Assembly (NCBI GenBank): GCA_963753595.1
Contig: CAVWCX010000001.1
Coordinates: forward strand, 128,001 to 192,000
Length of the DNA: 64,000 nucleotides
Origin: Candidatus Methanoperedenaceae archaeon
Lineage (GTDB): Archaea > Halobacteriota > Methanosarcinia > Methanosarcinales > Methanoperedenaceae
Direction of reading: 5' to 3'
Position numbers and translations under genes: made by a program. Under the pieces are notes generated by a model. The model saw only the letters and a list, made by a program, of their open reading frames with translations. It was not told where the DNA came from and did no database searches. Positions 21,865-32,750 of the stretch are shown piece by piece. The number at the start of each line of letters is the position of its first letter. Position 1 is the first letter of the stretch.

Positions 21865-24800
21865 ATGGATATGGAAAAAGGGAAGAATAACAAAAGTTTG
21901 AACAGCATTTTTAATATAATTTTAATTTTAATCGTAATTTCAATATATTTTATACCGGCAGCTATGGCGGCAAATCCGCAGATAAAACTTACAACGAACA
22001 GGTATATAATTCTTGACGATCCAAATAAAAATTATTTAAGTGTAACAGCAAATGCAGAAACTGGTTTTGGTTTACCGGGAAGCTGGAGTACGGATGCGTG
22101 GAAAGGTGAATCCACCACAATCCGAGGTGTCGCTCTTGTCCTCAATGCCGATGGCACTCCCGCCAGCGGAGTGACAGTAACCTTCTCTGCCCTTGACTGG
22201 AATGATGCAGCACCAAGAGATCCTCTTAAGAGTGATACGAACAGCAAGACAAATGTAACAAATGACTACGGTCTTGCAACAGTTCCTTTTGATCTTAATA
22301 ATGAGCAGCAATACGGGAGATGGAAAATAACAGCTACAGCAACAGTAGCAGGGACTCCAGTAAGTTCAAGCTCCAATTTCGTTTATAACTGGTGGGGATG
22401 CCAGAACTGCCACGGAAGTCCTTATTCTGGCCAAGGGAGCTCTAAGAGTTATACATCGAGAATAGGAACTGGCAATAGATACGACCCATATTCACCATAT
22501 ATTACAGGAAGAGATTTCCATGCCACGATGTATCGCAGCGACCATGTTGCAGGTTCTTCCGGGGGGTTGAATGAGGGAGAATGCTGGGCATGTCACAATT
22601 CTTATGATAAAGACTTGAACCTGGGACAGGCAAAAGATGTTGATGGTTCTTCGTATTCAGGAAGAGATGCACCTTCAACGTATGGTGTACATACAAATTT
22701 AGCATGTGCTGAGTGTCATAGCATAATAGGAACAAGTTCAGCCGGAATTGACCAGACCGTGAAATCATGCGATGCAACAGGATGTCACATAGGCGCAACA
22801 GATTTTAATTCTCATATAGGGTCTGAAACAGTTACAGCAACCTCTCCCAATAAATATGTAAATTATTCTGGTCTTGATGCCGCACTGGGGTTAAGGTCAT
22901 TCCTCAGTTCTCCATCTTATATTCCAACACCAGCAACCTTCAATTCAAATCCCCTGACAGGAGCAAGAGCCCATACATCAGCCACAGTCCAGAACATCCC
23001 CTGTACGGTATGCCATGGGCCAATGCACAATGTTACAAAACCCAATATCAACACGGTACCAAAGAACACAATTACTGAAGATACACAGTGTACCACATGT
23101 CACCAATCCCTGAAACACTCAAATAATAATCCTGTTTATTGTACGGCATGCCATTCTCAGGATGCTCATAACATTACAGTACTCAGCAAAACAGCAACTT
23201 CCCAGCCTTCTTATGAGTTCCTGGGTTCTACGAATGCGATGACAAATTTGACAACAGATTGCGAGCAGTGCCATGCATCAGGGCCTGAAGCCACATTCTT
23301 TGGCTCATTGACCACGGCTGACAGTGCAGCGTATTCTACAAATTTCGCGCCAGCCACACCAGTGCATAACAGGCATAACGGCACTGTTGCATGTACAGTT
23401 TGTCATGACAATACTAATTTCCACGACATCAAGTTCTTGCAGCCAAATGGCGCATATTCGACTTCCAAGACGACAGCAGTGAAATGCATTGACTGCCATG
23501 ATGGAACAAACTCTGCAGTACGCAGCGTTGTGCAGACCAGGTTCGGTTCATTACCGCCAACAGTAAATGCCAATATGAACCACAGTTCAGATAACGGCGG
23601 TCAGAAATGGGGCTCCTACTGGACAACTCCAAATGAAGCATGTCTCTACTGCCATGGTGAAACGCAGCATAATACATCTGCCATAGGTGCGGCAGGAAGT
23701 GCACTTGGTACTGATAAAGTCGGTGACCCGATTGGTTCAGGCACGGTATGCTCAAGCTGCCATAATCAGGATGACAGCAACTATAATGTCGTGAATTCAC
23801 TTTCCCCTAAACCACCTGCGAATAAAGCAGGATCGAACTATCCATCCAGCGGAGCAGTGGATCACTCAAGCTTTGGTATAACTGATAATGATTGCAAGAA
23901 CTGCCATGGCAGTAACCTTGCTGGCGGTGAGAACATGGTTGGATTCACTCATAATGTAGCCCCGTCTGGTGGAAGTGGCTCATGCGATTCCTGCCACGCA
24001 CAACCGCCCAATGGCGCTTCAAGATATAATACACAAGGCGCTCATACACTACACTCAGCAGCAGGATATGGCAATGTAGCAATCACCGGCTGCAATTACT
24101 GTCATTCGACAGAAGGCGCAAATGAAGCCGGCCATCCCGGAACATTCAATGATGCCACTGTAGTCACTAATTCCTCAGCAACAATCGCGTTATATACTCC
24201 GAACAACCTGAACGGCAAAGACGATACATGCAGTGGTGTCTCCTGCCATACAACCGGTCTTAGCAATGGAGCCAAAGTCGGCACAGCCACCTGGGACTCC
24301 ACAACCGGAGCCTGCAGCAACTGCCACTCCACAGTCCCAAGCGGTCTTCCGCCTACAGGCAACCATACCAAACACTACACCACAGAGAACTACCAGTGCG
24401 CCACCTGTCACGGCACTAATGCCGATGCAGGGACACAGACCGGTCACAAGACCAATGGAGCAATCGACATATCCTTCACAGGTACACTTGCAACCGGCGG
24501 CAGTATCACATCAGGCACATGCGACGTCTATTGTCATTCACCAAACCCCAACGATGTCAAACCCAAACCTGCCTGGAACACATCAACCGTGGTCTGTGGG
24601 GATTGTCACAGCCTTCCGCCCACCACAACACGAAATGGTGTTTCACATACGACCAATACTAACTGCGACATCTGCCATGGAACAGGTGCTTCAACAGGCA
24701 CTCAACTCGGTCACATAGATCGTTCGATCACCACATTGGGAGGCGGCAGTACATGTACAATATGTCATGCCCAGCCACCCAATGATGCAATTGTAACAGA

Positions 24801-27414
24801 TCAGCGCAACAATACCGACGGAGCCCATATCCTGCATAAGAACAAAGGCTATGGTGCAGTTGCCGAAACAAGCTGCAACTATTGTCATAACAATGGTGGA
24901 AGCAACGAAGGTGGAGCCCATCCAAACGGTTTGTACAATGTGGTTACTAATTCCTCAGCAACAATCGCGTTATATACTCCGAACAACCTGAACGGCAAAG
25001 ACGATACATGCGCGGGTGTCTCCTGTCATACAACCGGTCTTAGCAATGGAGCCAAAGTCGGCACATCCACCTGGGACTCCACAACCGGAGCCTGCAGCAA
25101 CTGCCACTCTACAGTCCCAAGCGGTCTTCCGCCTACAGGCAACCATACCAAACACTACACCACAGAAAACTACCAGTGCGCCACCTGTCACGGCACTAAT
25201 GCCGATGCAGGGACACAGACCGGTCACAAGACCAATGGAGCAATCGACATATCCTTCACAGGTACACTTGCAACCGGCGGCAGTATCACATCAGGCACAT
25301 GCGACGTCTATTGTCATTCACCAAACCCCAACGATGTCAAACCCAAACCTGCCTGGAGCACATCAACCGTGGTCTGTGGGGATTGTCACAGCCTTCCGCC
25401 CACCACAACACGAAATGGTGTTTCACATACGACCAATACTAACTGCGACATCTGCCATGGAACAGGTGCTTCAACAGGCACTCAACTCGGTCACATAGAT
25501 CGTTCGATCACCACATTGGGAGGCGGCAGTACATGTACAATATGTCATGCCCAGCCACCCAATGATGCAATTGTAACAGATCAGCGCAACAATACCGACG
25601 GAGCCCATATCCTGCATAAGAACAAAGGCTATGGTGCAGTTGCCGAAACAAGCTGCAACTATTGTCATAACAATGGTGGAAGCAACGAAGGTGGAGCCCA
25701 TCCAAACGGTTTGTACAATGTGGTTACTAATTCCTCAGCAACAATCGCGTTATATACTCCGAACAACCTGAACGGCAAAGACGATACATGCGCGGGTGTC
25801 TCCTGTCATACAACCGGTCTTAGCAATGGAGCCAAAGTCGGCACATCCACCTGGGACTCCACAACCGGAGCCTGCAGCAACTGCCACTCTACAGTCCCAA
25901 GCGGTCTTCCGCCTACAGGCAACCATACCAAACACTACACCACAGAAAACTACCAGTGCGCCACCTGTCACGGCACTAATGCCGATGCAGGGACACAGAC
26001 CGGTCACAAGACCAATGGAGCAATCGACATATCCTTCACAGGTACACTTGCAACCGGCGGCAGTATCACATCAGGCACATGCGACGTCTATTGTCATTCA
26101 CCAAACCCCAACGATGTCAAACCCAAACCTGCCTGGAACACATCAACCGTGGTCTGTGGGGATTGTCACAGCCTTCCGCCCACCACAACACGAAATGGTG
26201 CAACACCACATGCAGGTGTTACGGATTGTGATGTCTGTCACGGTACGGGTGCTAATACAGGAACCCAGAACGGCCATATTAACAGAATTATAGACGTATC
26301 AGGCGGTGGCTGCACAGGATGTCACAGCAATGTTGGTACCGCAAGTCTTGGCCTTCACTCCAATTTAAACGGAACGTCCGCAGTCGATGACGGAGATTGC
26401 CAGACCTGTCATTTTGCTTCATTCCCAATGGTAACCGGTGCGGCAAATAGTTCCAATACGCATTATTGTCAGGATTGTCATACCAGTGCAGGAACAGGAT
26501 CTCCTAAACCGGGTAGTTTAGTATCGGTAAGCCATGGAAAAATCGACTGTAAATGGTGCCATGCGGCAGGCGATCAACCAGCCTCTAAGTATCATTCGAA
26601 TAATCTTGGATCACAGCAAGGACCAAAAGGTACAGCAACAGGAGCGAATTGTGCTACCTGCCACGGTGCTAATCTTCAAGATGTATTTAGAGCTCCGGGA
26701 ATAACACATTTAGGAGATATTACTACTTGTGGTGAATGCCATAGCGGTGCTAACAATCACTTAGTATCAGCGTTAAGCGATTTTTCCTCTCCAACACTTT
26801 CAGGAATACCACTGACAACATCGGTAACGGTCGGAGCACCTGCTCATATCCAGGCTACAGTATCAGACAATATTGTGATGATAGCAGCTGCCCAGTATCA
26901 GGTAACAAATACCTCAGGAACGGTCATTCCATGGACAAATATGACATCCTTGGATGGATTTAATTCAGCAACTGAAACTGTTATTGCATCAATACCTACA
27001 TCAAATCTAATTGGTCCTTATACAGTTAGCATTAAAGGCATGTCTTCAGCATACAAGACTGATCCTTCAAAGCCATATTATCCACTCAATGGTATGTGGA
27101 GCAGCGTTAGTACTGTTCAACTTATTGTTAATCAACCAAAAGGATATGTTAACGGAACAGTTAAAAATGGGACTAATACAATAGCAGGGGCGATAATAAC
27201 CACCAATACAGGTGTTTCCGCGATAACTGACTCGAATGGTAATTATTCCTTGAATCTTGCGTATGGCCCTTATCAATTAATTGCCACCAAGGAGCCGGAA
27301 TATTATTTCAACAACAGTGTAAGTGTAGAGGTTTCAGAAATTCCGGTAGATCAGAATATCATCCTGAATAAGAAACCCACTGGAACTATAAGCGGTACGG
27401 TTAAGAACAAATAA
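21865..27414 (+). CDS. Very large multiheme cytochrome c (36 CxxCH + 4 Cx4CH + 3 Cx3CH, counted by eye)
   Basis: Signal peptide, N-terminal Ig-like domain, Geobacter-type CxxxxCH...CxxCH repeats, C-terminal Ig and carboxypeptidase-regulatory-like domain. Confidence 0.92.
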   Translation: MDMEKGKNNKSLNSIFNIILILIVISIYFIPAAMAANPQIKLTTNRYIILDDPNKNYLSVTANAETGFGLPGSWSTDAWKGESTTIRGVALVLNADGTPASGVTVTFSALDWNDAAPRDPLKSDTNSKTNVTNDYGLATVPFDLNNEQQYGRWKITATATVAGTPVSSSSNFVYNWWGCQNCHGSPYSGQGSSKSYTSRIGTGNRYDPYSPYITGRDFHATMYRSDHVAGSSGGLNEGECWACHNSYDKDLNLGQAKDVDGSSYSGRDAPSTYGVHTNLACAECHSIIGTSSAGIDQTVKSCDATGCHIGATDFNSHIGSETVTATSPNKYVNYSGLDAALGLRSFLSSPSYIPTPATFNSNPLTGARAHTSATVQNIPCTVCHGPMHNVTKPNINTVPKNTITEDTQCTTCHQSLKHSNNNPVYCTACHSQDAHNITVLSKTATSQPSYEFLGSTNAMTNLTTDCEQCHASGPEATFFGSLTTADSAAYSTNFAPATPVHNRHNGTVACTVCHDNTNFHDIKFLQPNGAYSTSKTTAVKCIDCHDGTNSAVRSVVQTRFGSLPPTVNANMNHSSDNGGQKWGSYWTTPNEACLYCHGETQHNTSAIGAAGSALGTDKVGDPIGSGTVCSSCHNQDDSNYNVVNSLSPKPPANKAGSNYPSSGAVDHSSFGITDNDCKNCHGSNLAGGENMVGFTHNVAPSGGSGSCDSCHAQPPNGASRYNTQGAHTLHSAAGYGNVAITGCNYCHSTEGANEAGHPGTFNDATVVTNSSATIALYTPNNLNGKDDTCSGVSCHTTGLSNGAKVGTATWDSTTGACSNCHSTVPSGLPPTGNHTKHYTTENYQCATCHGTNADAGTQTGHKTNGAIDISFTGTLATGGSITSGTCDVYCHSPNPNDVKPKPAWNTSTVVCGDCHSLPPTTTRNGVSHTTNTNCDICHGTGASTGTQLGHIDRSITTLGGGSTCTICHAQPPNDAIVTDQRNNTDGAHILHKNKGYGAVAETSCNYCHNNGGSNEGGAHPNGLYNVVTNSSATIALYTPNNLNGKDDTCAGVSCHTTGLSNGAKVGTSTWDSTTGACSNCHSTVPSGLPPTGNHTKHYTTENYQCATCHGTNADAGTQTGHKTNGAIDISFTGTLATGGSITSGTCDVYCHSPNPNDVKPKPAWSTSTVVCGDCHSLPPTTTRNGVSHTTNTNCDICHGTGASTGTQLGHIDRSITTLGGGSTCTICHAQPPNDAIVTDQRNNTDGAHILHKNKGYGAVAETSCNYCHNNGGSNEGGAHPNGLYNVVTNSSATIALYTPNNLNGKDDTCAGVSCHTTGLSNGAKVGTSTWDSTTGACSNCHSTVPSGLPPTGNHTKHYTTENYQCATCHGTNADAGTQTGHKTNGAIDISFTGTLATGGSITSGTCDVYCHSPNPNDVKPKPAWNTSTVVCGDCHSLPPTTTRNGATPHAGVTDCDVCHGTGANTGTQNGHINRIIDVSGGGCTGCHSNVGTASLGLHSNLNGTSAVDDGDCQTCHFASFPMVTGAANSSNTHYCQDCHTSAGTGSPKPGSLVSVSHGKIDCKWCHAAGDQPASKYHSNNLGSQQGPKGTATGANCATCHGANLQDVFRAPGITHLGDITTCGECHSGANNHLVSALSDFSSPTLSGIPLTTSVTVGAPAHIQATVSDNIVMIAAAQYQVTNTSGTVIPWTNMTSLDGFNSATETVIASIPTSNLIGPYTVSIKGMSSAYKTDPSKPYYPLNGMWSSVSTVQLIVNQPKGYVNGTVKNGTNTIAGAIITTNTGVSAITDSNGNYSLNLAYGPYQLIATKEPEYYFNNSVSVEVSEIPVDQNIILNKKPTGTISGTVKNK
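24165..26199 (+). repeat. 780-bp (260-aa, 8 heme motifs) tandem repeat, ~2.6 near-identical copies
   Basis: ACAATCGCGTTATATACTCCG at 24181, 24961 and 25741. Confidence 0.95.
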
Positions 27415-27531
27415 TATTGAATGATAGGAATATATTGGAGCGAAATATTCTTTCGCTCTTTTTTTTTAATGTATTTTTATAAAAAAAATAATGAGATAGT
27501 TTTATCTATTAAAACGTTCATTTTATTTTTG

Positions 27532-30297
27532 ATGGATAGGATAGTGAAGATTTTGAAGCTTAACATATTTTCTGGAATTAAGGATAAAATGGGATTGTTG
27601 CTGATATTGATTGTATTTATTTCTTTTATTCCGATTGTTTTTGGTGCATCTCCGAACGATGCCTGTTTTAGCGGTATATGCCATAGTTCTTCAGGTCCTA
27701 CGATCGACCGCGCCCTGTACGACTCCAATCCACATAAAATAATCAAATGTATCGAATGCCATAATAGCTCAACAAATAACTTAGACCCTAGTCATGGTGT
27801 GTTCATAAGACAATTGAACGGCAGCAAGATCACAGGGCCCTTGACAACAAAATATTATTCCCAAAATTTCTCTCTATGTTATTACTGTCATGCAGAAAAG
27901 AATGTCGTAGGATTTTTACCAGGCTGGATACCCTCAGCTAACCACAGAAATACTACCCCGATTATAGTCTCAAACATAGGTACTAATTTTATCAATATTG
28001 ATCCATTAGGTTATCATAATGGCAGCGAAGGCGGAATTGATTCTGATATACCAACAAATATTCATTGGAATCATCTGGATGCCTTCGGGAGCGAAAATTA
28101 TGGTATTGGAGGCAAATTTGATACTGACATGGATGGAGTAAAAGACTCTTTTCAATCCTGCCCTGCCTGCCATAATGTCCATGGGACAAACTATCCTAAG
28201 ATGACAAGAAATGACTTAGCTATTGCTTATTCTTCTGATGGAAATGGAACATTTGGATATATCGGAAGCGAACAATACAACTTTAAAGGTGGCGATGTCT
28301 TTTGCGGAGGTGGTTGCCACACCTCTGGTATGGGTTATAAATATTATAGAACTGAGATAAAAATATTTCAAGACTGTATCTCATGCCATGTGGATGGTTC
28401 ACCCGGAGATGTAAACAGAACTGCTTTCAGCCTGGGTGAGCATCTTAATATTAATACCACTGGTGGTATTAACTCAGTTAATAACACAGACTGCTGGTCA
28501 TGTCACTTTAACAGGGATATGAATAGAAGCAACATCCGGCAATGTAATTACTGCCATACTGGAAGCGCCAAACCCGAAGCTCCAAGTGCGCCAATTATAA
28601 GAACACATGTCTCGGGAGTAAAGATCACTAATTATTCATGCGCGGATTGCCACAGCAAAGTGATCGTTGATCCTGGAACTGGAATTCCTAATGTAACATC
28701 CCATTATCTAAAGAGACCCAATGTATTAAGTGAAAAGTATTGCGATTATTGCCATGGACCAAATCCAAGCTCTCCATTCAATGCAACAAACAAGACTATT
28801 CCAGCGTTGAACCATGACAATTCGGACTGGAACGGAAATGCCACATGCCGAACATGCCATTCAAATTCCAGTGTTACGGCCGACCCTCTGGCTAATGATT
28901 ATACATCATTCCATGATCTTACTACTGAATTAGGCGATGTATATAATGGAACGGCAAGGGCAGACTGTTTCATATGCCATGTCCAGAACTCCCCACAGTT
29001 TGTCGTGGCTCCATATCCCTCGCATGATATTATTGGCTATAACGCAGAGGATTGCCGTAACTGTCATACATCAGGAACGGGCACGGAACCGCAAAAACTA
29101 CACAGCGTAACTGCATCTGCGACTGGCGGGTGCATACCCTGCCATTCAAATAATGCAACCAGGTATTATGCAAACACAAGCCTCTTTGGAAGACATGCAA
29201 ATGTAAATGCAACAGGTGGTCCGAATAACGTAACAGATGATGATTGTAAGACCTGCCACTTTGGTACTGCAGATGGGACGATGAAGATGAAGCTGGGTGC
29301 AGCGAACTCAAGTAACACGTATTTCTGTGAAGCATGCCATACATCAGCAGGTTCAGGACCAATCCATCCAATAGACAACAACCTTATTAAAGATGGTTTG
29401 CAGCATGGTTCAACAAATTGCCAGTGGTGTCATATTGCAGGTGCTCTTCTTCCAAGGCCATTAGATACTACTTTAAGATATCATCCCAGCGGGCCTCGAG
29501 GAACTGCTGCCGGAAAGAACTGCCTGACATGCCATGGTTCCAATCTCCCGGATTTACCTTTCCATGCACCTGGAATAGTACATTCTTCTGATTTAGATGG
29601 TTGTGGTTATTGTCATTCACAAACAGATAATCATGCTGTTAGCCCATTGAACTCTAACACTCCACCATCGATTTCAGGTTTGTCCGTTACTACAGTAGTT
29701 ACTGCAGGCAATGTAGTGCAAGTTCAAACTACGGTAGCGGATGATATGACTCAGATAGCAGCAGCCCAGTATCAGGTCAAGAAAGGTACAACCACAGTTA
29801 TTGATTGGACAAATATGACTCCAAAGGATGGAAGATTTGATTCGTCAAGTGAAATAGTGAACACCAGTATTGATACATCAGCCCTCCTGGGTACCTACAC
29901 AGTCAACATCAAGGGCATGGCTTCAGCATACAAGACCATTTTAACATTACCTTATTATCCATTGAACGGTCAATGGAGCGGTATCATCAGCGCACAATTT
30001 AGTGTTAACCAACCCACCGGGTATAATAATGGAACTGTGAGTGGAAGATTGGATAATGGTTTAGCAGGTGCGGTAGTATCTACCAATACAAGCGTATCCA
30101 CTACCACTAACGAAACCGGATTTTATTCTTTAAGTTTGACAAATGGCACATATCGGTTGACAGCAAGCAAGGATCCGGAATATTATTCAAATAGCAGTGT
30201 AATAGTGACTGTGATAGCACGCACTAATATAACTACAAATATTATTCTTGATTTGAAACCAACAGGCAATATAACTGGTAAAGTTACGAACAAGTAA
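27532..30297 (+). CDS. Large multiheme cytochrome c (17 CxxCH + 2 variant motifs)
   Basis: Heme motifs counted. True start is probably 27532-27589 (signal peptide), not 27421. C-terminal module shared with ORF 21865. Confidence 0.88.
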   Translation: MDRIVKILKLNIFSGIKDKMGLLLILIVFISFIPIVFGASPNDACFSGICHSSSGPTIDRALYDSNPHKIIKCIECHNSSTNNLDPSHGVFIRQLNGSKITGPLTTKYYSQNFSLCYYCHAEKNVVGFLPGWIPSANHRNTTPIIVSNIGTNFINIDPLGYHNGSEGGIDSDIPTNIHWNHLDAFGSENYGIGGKFDTDMDGVKDSFQSCPACHNVHGTNYPKMTRNDLAIAYSSDGNGTFGYIGSEQYNFKGGDVFCGGGCHTSGMGYKYYRTEIKIFQDCISCHVDGSPGDVNRTAFSLGEHLNINTTGGINSVNNTDCWSCHFNRDMNRSNIRQCNYCHTGSAKPEAPSAPIIRTHVSGVKITNYSCADCHSKVIVDPGTGIPNVTSHYLKRPNVLSEKYCDYCHGPNPSSPFNATNKTIPALNHDNSDWNGNATCRTCHSNSSVTADPLANDYTSFHDLTTELGDVYNGTARADCFICHVQNSPQFVVAPYPSHDIIGYNAEDCRNCHTSGTGTEPQKLHSVTASATGGCIPCHSNNATRYYANTSLFGRHANVNATGGPNNVTDDDCKTCHFGTADGTMKMKLGAANSSNTYFCEACHTSAGSGPIHPIDNNLIKDGLQHGSTNCQWCHIAGALLPRPLDTTLRYHPSGPRGTAAGKNCLTCHGSNLPDLPFHAPGIVHSSDLDGCGYCHSQTDNHAVSPLNSNTPPSISGLSVTTVVTAGNVVQVQTTVADDMTQIAAAQYQVKKGTTTVIDWTNMTPKDGRFDSSSEIVNTSIDTSALLGTYTVNIKGMASAYKTILTLPYYPLNGQWSGIISAQFSVNQPTGYNNGTVSGRLDNGLAGAVVSTNTSVSTTTNETGFYSLSLTNGTYRLTASKDPEYYSNSSVIVTVIARTNITTNIILDLKPTGNITGKVTNK

Positions 30298-32750
30298 GAT
30301 GGTTGATCAAAAGAACATTGTAGATTGAAATAATCCGACATGATGTCACAATGCTATTTTGTGGCTTATTTTTGCTTATAGTAATTATAAAAGGTACAGA
30401 TGGTCCTGGATAGGCTTTTATAATGACTATTTTTTTGTCTCTCAGACTCAGAACTAAAACGATACAAATATATGCAAAGACATTTTAATTAATTAAAAAC
30501 ATTATAAAACGGGATAGGGTTATTTGTATCAAAGATACATTTAAAAATAATTTAATATAAAATCGATAGGAGAAGTAATATGAGTTGGATAGGAGATAGT
30601 CAATCGCATAGCAAAGCAAATTATATGATCACCGCATTTTTGATTTTGACATTGTTATTATCGTTTTCATTTATAACCATAAATCCAATCCAGGCAAAAT
30701 CGAATATTAAAAATCATAATAATATTAATGGAAATATAACGGATACGGAATGCATAATCTGTCATCCAACACAAGGAACACTATTCCAATCAGAATTGAA
30801 TCAATTGGATAAGCCTTTAATCGAAAATGCATCCAATATTAATTCATTGCTTCAAGTCGGGGAAAATTATACTGCGATCCTTACTTCCGGACAAACACCT
30901 TACCAGCTCGGTCCATTTTTCCGCAGTGGAGCTAATGGTTGGAGCTGGCTGGATACTGGTGCCTGGGGAACAGATAGGCAGAAAAATCTTATCCTGCTTT
31001 CAATATTTGATAATTCTACCGGAAGCATAAAACCTGTCCAAGGATTGACTTCATGGTTATCCTGGCCGCAGGCCAGTTTTAGAAATCATAGCGGGACATA
31101 TAGCTACAAAGCAGATAATGGTCCATCTCCTATAACTATACAGGGAAATTATCCGGATGCCAGTGAATTCTGGATGATTAAAGAGATCAACTTAAGCGGA
31201 CTTAGCACTGCAACTCTTAATTTCTGGACATGGTATTCGATGGAAACAGATTGGGATTATGGATATGTTGCGATATCTTCTGATGGAAATATCTGGATAA
31301 ATCTCCCGGGAAACAATACTACAAATACAAATCCTAATGGCAATAATCTGGGAAATGGAATAACCGGTAACAGTGGTGGAATATGGGTATATGAAACGAT
31401 GGACTTGACATCATATGTCGGAAAAAAGATGTTGATCGGATTCAGATTTGTGTCAGATGCAGCTGTAAATGAAGAGGGAATGTATATAGATGATATTACT
31501 GCAACCGGAGGATTTAGTGATTATGCAGAAACTCTTATTGAAATAAAAACCCTGAGTGTCAATGTTACGTATCCTCGCCTGGCAATACTGAATCCAACAG
31601 ATCCGATGACGAGCGCAAGCACGTTACAGTATAATCCATACGTTCAAAAAGTGGAATTGCATGAAGATATAAGTCATCCTGGCACATACGCTGGATATTT
31701 CCAATACGAACCATTTGGAGGCCAATATTCAGGAAAATATACCGTTTATTTTGATACTGCAATAAACGGCGAACGGGTTATCGGCAATACAACATTCGAT
31801 ACTACTATTTTTGGTTGCCAGGATTGCCACAATAAGAATTATAATGGTGCTGAAACGAGTTTTGTTCATGCGGATGGCGGAGGAATGCAGTCATGTGAAT
31901 ATGTATGTCACAGCGGATCAAGAGGTTTATATGACAATGCATTTATGGGGCCGCCTCTTCCGGCAAATCCAATACATGTGCATGAAATGAAATTCGGACA
32001 CCAGGGAGGATATCTGGATGGTGCATATTATTCTCAGCCGCCGTATAATGTTCCTTCGCATGTAACTGAAGTAAGTTGTGTACAATGTCATACATCGTTC
32101 ATTCATGATAATACAGGAAGCGATACTGCAAAAATTGGAAATTACACATTATACGGTACAAATATAACTTTTTCTTCTGGTACACACAGCAGTTTGACAT
32201 GTGGGCAATGTCATGGGACTTTAGATTATCCTGCGATACCTCAGGATCAATATAGTATAACAAATAAACTCGGAAATAATAGTCGTTCTTTTTCGTCCTC
32301 TGAATCATTTACAGATACTTATGAAGTAGATGTGAATGGAATTGATAATCTTACGATAGATGTGCATGCTAACGATGGTTCTACGAAACCTGTTGCCATA
32401 TATGTTATTGGGCCGGTAGATAATACAACAACTGCTATACAGGGGCCAAATGAGTATGGAAATCCATACTATATAACCCAAAGCCTTTCCACACCCATCA
32501 ATGTGAATGTAGTTGGCCCATTTACTGGAACATGGTTAGTCAAGTTATATTCGACACAAGAAGGAGTTGTGGATTATACAATAACCAGCAGTTATCCTAT
32601 TGAGAGAAAACCAATAATAAAAATACCGGAATGTAATGAATGTCATAATTCTGGTTCTTCAGACAAAACATATGCAAAAGATCCTATACCAAATTGGAAT
32701 CCCGGATTTGCCCACGTAGATACAAACAACGATGGTACCCCGGATGTTCA

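Noticed and set aside
12294-26199. Diversity-generating retroelement template/variable repeat pairs
   Set aside because: Repeats are in-frame tandem domains, differences are not adenine-specific by inspection, and there is no reverse transcriptase in the window
24102-26293. Repeated Pro/Gln-rich and antisense ORFs
   Set aside because: Off-frame shadows of the 780-bp cytochrome repeat
27421-27531. N-terminal extension of the 958-aa ORF
   Set aside because: AT-rich terminator/promoter-like sequence; the signal peptide starts later
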